Source: Alphaproteobacteria bacterium (lineage in GTDB: Bacteria; Pseudomonadota; Alphaproteobacteria; Micropepsales; Micropepsaceae). From it: a DNA stretch of 64,000 nt. How positions within the stretch are numbered: the first letter of the stretch is position 1; each line of letters opens with the position of its first letter. Of this stretch, positions 58,433 to 64,000 are shown one piece after another. The stretch spans positions 7,064 through 71,063 of the forward strand of contig JAGWNK010000015.1 of assembly GCA_028871345.1 (NCBI GenBank). The letters run 5' to 3'. The notes under the pieces are model-generated. The model saw nothing but the letters and a program-made list of their open reading frames with translations. It had not been told where the DNA came from and ran no database searches. Position numbers and translations under genes: made by a program.

Positions 58433-58532
58433 CGCGGCTTGCCGGAGCGGCCCGCTCTTTCGCGGGCGGGCCATCTTGTGCATTGTGGCCAGGCGCAATT
58501 GTCGCCCTTGGCGGCCATCCCGGACAGCCTCC

Positions 58533-59924
58533 ATGCCCATTCTGCCAGCAGCCTTGTGCGCCGTCTTGAGCGGCGTCGCGTTCTACTTCTCGACCGGTCT
58601 GGGCGACATCTGGCCGCTCGCCTGGATCGCTCCGGTCCCCGTGTTGTGGCTCGCCTTCCGTCCCGGGAACGCCTGGATTGCGCTGGCCGCAGCCGGGGCC
58701 GCCGGCATGATGGGAGCGCTCAATCTGCTGCCCGCCTATCTCGGCATCATGCCGACGCTGGCTCTCGTGGTCATCATCGTGCTGCAAGGCCTGGGATTGG
58801 CGCTGTGCGTGGCGGGCGCCCGGTTGGTCGCTCTGCGCCTGTCGCCCTTGTCGGGGGCCCTGGCATTTGCCGCGTCGTGGACCACGCTCGATTTTCTCGC
58901 GGCGCAGGGTCCGCATGGCAGCGCCTTGTCGCCCGCCTACAGCCAGGTGGGCATGCCGATCCTGATCCAAGGTGCCTCGGTGTTCGGCATCTGGATCGTG
59001 ACGGCCCTGCTGGGTCTGTTCGCCGCCGGCATCGCGGCAAGCGCGGCAACAAGGCGCCTGGCGCCCGCGCTCATGGCAGCGGCGGCGCTGCTCCTCAACG
59101 TCGGCTATGGCGGCTGGCGGATGACAGGCGCACCCAGGACGGCAGTCACCCGCATCGGCTTGGCCGCCGACGACGCCCTGGCCGCCAGCGGCAGGGACCG
59201 CGACGAGAAATCCACTCTGGCCGTCACCGACAGCTATGCCGAGGCTGCCCGCAGCTTCGGCACGGAAGGCGTCAGTCTCGTGGTCTTCCCGGAGAAGATC
59301 GCCGTCGTCACCCCCGAATCGAGCGGCACCGTCAATGCCGAATTCGAGACCGACGCCCATATCGCCCATGAGACCATCGTCGTCGGCCTCGACCATCGCG
59401 GCGCCCAACGGCAGAACGTGGCGCGGATCTTCTTCGCCAATGGTGCGCCGCCGATGTCCTATGCGAAGCGGCACCTGGTCCCGGGCCTCGAAGACGCTTT
59501 CGTACCCGGAAAAGGCTCCTTCATGCTCGCCAACCACACCGGCGTGGCGATCTGCAAGGACATGGATTTCCCCCAGACGCTGCGCACCGACGCCCTCCTG
59601 CATCCCACGCTCTATGCCGTGCCGGCCTGGGACTTCGGGGCAGATGCCTGGTGGCATGCCAGGCTCGCGATCATGCGCGGCGTGGAGAACGGATTTTCGG
59701 TGGCCCGCGCCGCCCGCCAAGGGCTCCTCACCTTGAGCGATGCGTACGGCCGCGTGCTTGGCGAGCAGCACAGCGGCGCGGCCGGCATGGCGACGCTGGT
59801 GGGCGATCTGCCGCGCGGTCCCGGCCGCACGCTCTATGGACGCATCGGCGACACCTTCGCCTGGTTCTGCATGGGGCTGTGTGTGGGCCTGGTGGGCTTC
59901 GCCTTCGCGCGCGGGCGGCAATAG
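58533..59924 (+). CDS. Membrane-bound carbon-nitrogen hydrolase, apolipoprotein N-acyltransferase (Lnt)-like paralog
   Basis: The polytopic N-terminus is followed by a CN-hydrolase domain with an E-K-C triad context (VVFPEK, YAKRHLVP, VAICKDMDFP) and a C-terminal TM. ATG 58533. Confidence 0.65.
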   Translation: MPILPAALCAVLSGVAFYFSTGLGDIWPLAWIAPVPVLWLAFRPGNAWIALAAAGAAGMMGALNLLPAYLGIMPTLALVVIIVLQGLGLALCVAGARLVALRLSPLSGALAFAASWTTLDFLAAQGPHGSALSPAYSQVGMPILIQGASVFGIWIVTALLGLFAAGIAASAATRRLAPALMAAAALLLNVGYGGWRMTGAPRTAVTRIGLAADDALAASGRDRDEKSTLAVTDSYAEAARSFGTEGVSLVVFPEKIAVVTPESSGTVNAEFETDAHIAHETIVVGLDHRGAQRQNVARIFFANGAPPMSYAKRHLVPGLEDAFVPGKGSFMLANHTGVAICKDMDFPQTLRTDALLHPTLYAVPAWDFGADAWWHARLAIMRGVENGFSVARAARQGLLTLSDAYGRVLGEQHSGAAGMATLVGDLPRGPGRTLYGRIGDTFAWFCMGLCVGLVGFAFARGRQ

Positions 59925-59957
59925 CCGCGGCAACCGGCGCAGGCTATAAGCGGCGCG

Positions 59958-60692
59958 ATGAACGAGCCCTTGATCGCGGCCACGGACCTGAGCGTTCGCA
60001 GCGGCGGCACCTGCATTCTCGACCACGTCTCGCTGGCGGTGTCGCGCCGCGAGATCGTCACCTTGATCGGGCCCAACGGGTCCGGCAAGACGACGCTGCT
60101 CAAGGCCATGCTCGGCCTGGTCGGCAGCGAAGGCCGGGTGACCCGCCGCGAGGGCCTGCGGATCGGCTATGTGCCCCAGCAGTTCGTCCGCGACGCCAGC
60201 CTGCCGATCACCGTGCGCCGTTTCCTTGGTCTGTTCGCGCCGCAGGAGGCGGCCGATGCCGCCCTCGCGCGGGTCGCGGTGACGGCGGCCGCCGAGCGCC
60301 AGCTCACCGCCTTGTCGGGCGGCGAGATGGCGCGCGTTCTACTCGCCCGCGCCATCGCGGGGCGCCCCGATCTTCTCGTCCTGGACGAGCCCTTGGCGGC
60401 CGTCGACGTTTCCGGCGAGGCCGCGCTCTATCATCTGATCGCGGAAATCAGGGACGAACTGGGATGCGGCGTGCTGCTGGTCAGCCACGATCTGCACGTC
60501 GTGATGGCACAGGCCGATCGCGTCATATGCCTCAACCGCCATGTCTGTTGCGAAGGCAAGGCGCATGCCGTGGTCCGCGATCCGGCGTTCCTCGAGCTTT
60601 TCGGGGCGCGCGCCGCCGCTGATCTCGCGGTCTATACCCACCATCACGACCACGTCCATTCGCCCTCGGGAGAACCCGTCCATGATGGATGA
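59958..60692 (+). CDS. znuC: Zinc/metal ABC transporter ATP-binding protein
   Basis: Walker A GPNGSGKTT, signature LSGGE, Walker B LLVLDEP and a His-rich tail YTHHHDHVH. Confidence 0.8.
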   Translation: MNEPLIAATDLSVRSGGTCILDHVSLAVSRREIVTLIGPNGSGKTTLLKAMLGLVGSEGRVTRREGLRIGYVPQQFVRDASLPITVRRFLGLFAPQEAADAALARVAVTAAAERQLTALSGGEMARVLLARAIAGRPDLLVLDEPLAAVDVSGEAALYHLIAEIRDELGCGVLLVSHDLHVVMAQADRVICLNRHVCCEGKAHAVVRDPAFLELFGARAAADLAVYTHHHDHVHSPSGEPVHDG

Positions 60693-61485
60693 CTTCCTGT
60701 GGCGGGCGATCCTGGGCGCCGCATTCCTCGCCGCGGCCTGCGGTCCGATCGGCTGTTTCGTCCTGTGGAAGCGCATGGCCTATCTGGGGGAATCGGTGGC
60801 GCATGTCGGGCTCCTGGGCGCCGGGCTGGGACTGCTCCTCGGGGTCAACGTGGTGGCGGGCACGGCGGCGCTGGCCATCGTGGCGGCGCTGATCATGGCG
60901 CGGGCGGCCGACCGCGCCATCCCGGCGGGCACCTTCGTGGGCATCGTGGGCCATATGGGCCTGGCCCTGGGATTCGTCGTGCTGGCAACGCTGGAGACCG
61001 TCCGCGCCGATCTGCTCGGCTACCTGTTCGGCGACGTGCTGGCCCTGTCGACCGGCGATGTGGCGGCGGTGGCCGGGGTGAGCGCGGTCGTTCTGGCGGC
61101 GACGGTGGTGCTGTGGCGGCCGCTGTTGAAGGCGGCGGTCGGCGGAGACATTGCCGCGGCGGAAGGCCATGGCGGACCGCTGGTCCAGACGGCGTTCCTG
61201 GTCCTGGTGGCCCTGCTCGTCGCCTTCGGACTGAAGGTCGTGGGAGCGCTGCTGATCGTGGCGCTTCTCATCGTTCCGCCCGCGGCGGCGCGCGCCTTCG
61301 CCCGCACGCCGGAGAGCATGGCGGTGCAGGCCGCCCTCGCCGGCGCCGTGGCGGCCCCGCTGGGCGTCGGGATCGCTTATGCCGGCGACTTGCCGGCCGG
61401 TCCGGCCATCGTCCTGGCGGCGGGGGTGATCTTTGCACTGACGACCGCGGCGGCGCGCCTGCGCGACAACCTCAAGCGGGCGTGA
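60682..61485 (+). CDS. znuB: Zinc/metal ABC transporter permease
   Basis: MMDDFLWRAILGAAFLAAACGPIGCFVLWKRMAYLGESVAHVGLLG is the ZnuB/ABC-3 family pattern. It overlaps the znuC 3' end. Confidence 0.8.
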   Translation: MMDDFLWRAILGAAFLAAACGPIGCFVLWKRMAYLGESVAHVGLLGAGLGLLLGVNVVAGTAALAIVAALIMARAADRAIPAGTFVGIVGHMGLALGFVVLATLETVRADLLGYLFGDVLALSTGDVAAVAGVSAVVLAATVVLWRPLLKAAVGGDIAAAEGHGGPLVQTAFLVLVALLVAFGLKVVGALLIVALLIVPPAAARAFARTPESMAVQAALAGAVAAPLGVGIAYAGDLPAGPAIVLAAGVIFALTTAAARLRDNLKRA

Positions 61486-61586
61486 CGAAATTGCCCCCAA
61501 CATCCGGCAGCTTGCTACAATGGGTCTGCGGCAACCGTCATCGGTGCGTGATACAGTGACGGTATCGGCGCGTTTTCGGGGTTGAG

Positions 61587-63818
61587 ATGAGTCTTCACGA
61601 CAGGCAGGTCGGCGTCTGGGCGGTACCGCTGGTCATGCTGATCCTGGCGCTGGCCGTATTCGGCAGCGACGCCGAGGGCCTGGCGTCGCGTCTGCGCGGC
61701 ACGCTGTTCGATTTCTACCAGACGTCGATGCCGCGTCCTTACGAGGACCCAGCGCGTGTCGGCCACCCGGTGCGCGTTCTGGTCGTCGACGGCGCCAGCG
61801 TCGAGCGCTTCGGCGCCTGGCCGTGGCCGCATGCCGTGCTCGCCGCGCTGGTCCGGGACCTGACGGCGCAAGGGGTCGCTGAGGTGGCTTTCGTCAGCCC
61901 GCTGGACACCCCCGACGCGGCCTCGCCCAAGGCGCTGCTGGCCCTGGTGCCGCCGGGGCCGGCGTTCGATTCCGCGCGCACCGCCCTGGAGCAGATGTCC
62001 TCCCCCGATTCCGCCCTGGCACAGGCCTTCGCCGGCACCAAGGCGGTGACGGGCATCAGCTTGGGCGACGCCACGCCGGCGCGCACCGTCATGATCAAGG
62101 CGCCGGTCAGCTGGACGGGAACACGCGACCCGATGGGCCAGGTGCGCGCCTTCGATCAGGCCTCGGGGTCGCTGCCCGCTCTGGTGGCGGCCAGCGCCGG
62201 GATTGGCGCGGTCAATCTCGATGCGGGAGCGGACGGCAAGGTCCGGCGCATGCCGCTCGTCTTCCGTCTGCGCGATAAGGCGATCCCCTCGATCGACGCC
62301 GAAGTGCTGCGCCTTGCCATGGGTCGCGATGCCACGGTGGTGCGCAGCAACGACGGCAATGCCGGACTGTTCGGCGGCGCGCCCGGCATCGCCGCCATCG
62401 ATACGGGCCATGGCGACGTGGCGACCGCACCCGACGGCTCGTTGTGGATCGCCTATTCCGCGGCGCGCAGCGACCGCGACATACCCGCCTCGGCGCTGGT
62501 GAACCGCACCCTGCCGAAAGGCTCGCTCGCCAACGCCATCGTCTATGTCGGCGCGCCCGACGACCTGGTCGACACCCCGATGGGCCTGCGCCCGGTGGCC
62601 GAAGTGCATGCGGAAGCGGCGGAGAACCTTTTGCTCGGCACCGCGCTGCGCCGGCCGGCCGCGGCGTCACAGGCGGAGCTGTTGTGCCTGGCGCTGTTCG
62701 GGCTGGGCTGCGTCTTCGCCTTCGCGCGCACCAGCGTGCGCTGGGCGGGGGTCTTCGCGCTCGCCGTCATCCTGGTGACCGGCTACGTCTCATGGCGGCT
62801 TTATGTGGGCTCGCACGTCCTGTTCGACGCGCTGGGCCTCGGCGTCGGACTGACGGCGGTGTGGTTTGCCGGCGCCGCGATGCGCTTGTGGGAGATCACG
62901 CACGCGCGCTCCAAGCTGCGCCACGCCTTCGCCGACATGCTGCCGGCGCGCACCATCGACCAGATCGCCCGCAGCCCGCAGCCGATGAAGCTCGAAGGCG
63001 AAACACGCACCGTGACCTATCTGGCGTGCGGCGTGCGCAACTTCTCCGAGCTGGCTTCGTCGTTCCGCGGCGATCCCGCCGCCTTCACGCGGCTGATGCA
63101 GCGGGTGATGGAACCTTTGATGGACCAGGCGCTCGAGCACGGCGGCGCCATCGACAAGATGACCACCGAAGGCTTCACCGCGTTCTGGAACGCGCCGCTC
63201 GACGATCCCGAGCATCCCATTCATGCCTGCGAAGCCGCCAACGGCATGATGGAAGCCATCGCGCGCACCAACGAGATCATCACGCATGAGCGGCGCATCG
63301 ACGGCGTCGCCTTGTCGCCGGTGGAGATCGGCATCGGCATCGCGACGGGCCCCGCCATCGCCGGAGGCTTCAACGCCCGCGGCCATACGGCGTATTCGGT
63401 GAACGGCGACTGCGCCGTGCTCGCCGCGCGCATCCAGCAGATCTCCGGCCAGTACGGACCCGCCGTGATCGTCGCCGAAGAGACGCGCAAGACCTCCGAG
63501 CGCGGCTTCGCCTTTCTCGAAGTCGACTTCATCGCGCTCGGCGGCAACGACGAGCCGATCAAGCTGCACGCCATGCTGGGCAATCCGGTGATGCGGGCCA
63601 GTCCGAAATTCCGCGCGCTCGCCACCTTCCACGACCACATCTTCCAATCGATGCGCAGCCAGCAATGGCAGAAGGCGCGCGATCTCATCGAGCAGTGCCG
63701 CAAGCTGTCGGGCGCCAGCCAGAAGCTCTATGACCTGCACCTGGCGCGCATCGCCTATTTCGAGGACAGCCCGCCGCCGACCGAATGGGACGGCGCCTTC
63801 CGCCCGATCCTGAAGTAA
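61587..63818 (+). CDS. CHASE2 sensor domain / class III nucleotide cyclase homology domain membrane protein (catalytic residues non-canonical)
   Basis: N-terminal TM, a CHASE2-like periplasmic region, three TM helices, then a cyclase homology domain (VTYLACGVRNFSEL...IDKMTTEGFTAFWNAP...IGIGIATGPAIAGGF..YSVNGDCAVLAARIQ). Confidence 0.75.
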   Translation: MSLHDRQVGVWAVPLVMLILALAVFGSDAEGLASRLRGTLFDFYQTSMPRPYEDPARVGHPVRVLVVDGASVERFGAWPWPHAVLAALVRDLTAQGVAEVAFVSPLDTPDAASPKALLALVPPGPAFDSARTALEQMSSPDSALAQAFAGTKAVTGISLGDATPARTVMIKAPVSWTGTRDPMGQVRAFDQASGSLPALVAASAGIGAVNLDAGADGKVRRMPLVFRLRDKAIPSIDAEVLRLAMGRDATVVRSNDGNAGLFGGAPGIAAIDTGHGDVATAPDGSLWIAYSAARSDRDIPASALVNRTLPKGSLANAIVYVGAPDDLVDTPMGLRPVAEVHAEAAENLLLGTALRRPAAASQAELLCLALFGLGCVFAFARTSVRWAGVFALAVILVTGYVSWRLYVGSHVLFDALGLGVGLTAVWFAGAAMRLWEITHARSKLRHAFADMLPARTIDQIARSPQPMKLEGETRTVTYLACGVRNFSELASSFRGDPAAFTRLMQRVMEPLMDQALEHGGAIDKMTTEGFTAFWNAPLDDPEHPIHACEAANGMMEAIARTNEIITHERRIDGVALSPVEIGIGIATGPAIAGGFNARGHTAYSVNGDCAVLAARIQQISGQYGPAVIVAEETRKTSERGFAFLEVDFIALGGNDEPIKLHAMLGNPVMRASPKFRALATFHDHIFQSMRSQQWQKARDLIEQCRKLSGASQKLYDLHLARIAYFEDSPPPTEWDGAFRPILK

Positions 63819-64000
63819 CGACCCCGAATTGCCGAGTGTTAATGTTTCTTACAGATGCGGGGTCATCCAGAATATTCCCTGGAGTCAAAGACTTAATTAA
63901 CTGTCGGTAACCTCGGCCGCCGCCACTTGTCAGTCTGGTAGACAGGGATTAACCGGGCGTGACTCCAACCCATTGATCTTCCTGGTGTTTTATTATGGCA

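Noticed and set aside
63819-64000. AT-rich end segment considered as a dif or att site
   Set aside because: I could not recognise a XerCD dif-like 28-mer or a tRNA-derived direct repeat. It is kept only as a compositional observation.

Overview
This is a high-GC chromosomal segment that looks alphaproteobacterial. The supporting signs are RegB/RegA/SenC, a PAS_5 protein, a dnaK-dnaJ-pmtA-like arrangement, a CTTG-N17-CCCTATAT heat-shock promoter and a GTTC-N7-GTTC SOS box.

Most of the window is conserved core genome:
- mutS, maeB, dnaKJ, pckA, moeB, polA
- the complete rimP-nusA-ylxR-infB-rbfA-truB-rpsO-pnp run
- trmB, metK, hslVU, hisB, regBA/senC, folD, yggTU, tRNA-Ala(CGC), znuCB

Small accessory insertions are interspersed among these genes. 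I saw no transposase, integrase, phage gene, CRISPR array or rRNA.

The observations I consider most worth a second look:
1. **Hairpin repeat family.** A dispersed GC-rich hairpin repeat (core CCTCCCCCG-N4-CGGGGGAGG plus a shared flank) has at least ten copies.
   - Inverted pairs form 125-150 bp composite elements inside the infB-rbfA-truB operon.
   - One copy is translated in-frame inside trmB.
   - Degenerate copies supply the C-terminal tails of two YjbR paralogs.
2. **Toxin decay.** All four recognisable type II toxin genes (two vapC, parE, hicA) are truncated or frameshifted. Three cognate antitoxins and every long housekeeping ORF are intact. One vapB-vapC' module sits between hslV and hslU.
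3. **SOS-controlled operon.** A perfect alphaproteobacterial LexA box lies at the start of a translationally coupled mmcB-yjbR-yjbR operon. Next to it is an orphan di-iron (ExxH x2) protein preceded by a tandem palindromic operator.
4. **UdgX.** A stand-alone UdgX-type protein carries the GEQPG and KRRLH motifs.
5. **Likely inactive cyclase.** A CHASE2-cyclase has non-canonical residues at its metal-binding and transition-state positions.
6. **rimP start.** rimP can only keep its conserved N-terminus if it starts at ATT or CTG.

The many very long ORFs antisense to real genes are high-GC shadow frames. Start codons were chosen by eye and are approximate. All homology statements rest on motif recognition from memory, not on searches.
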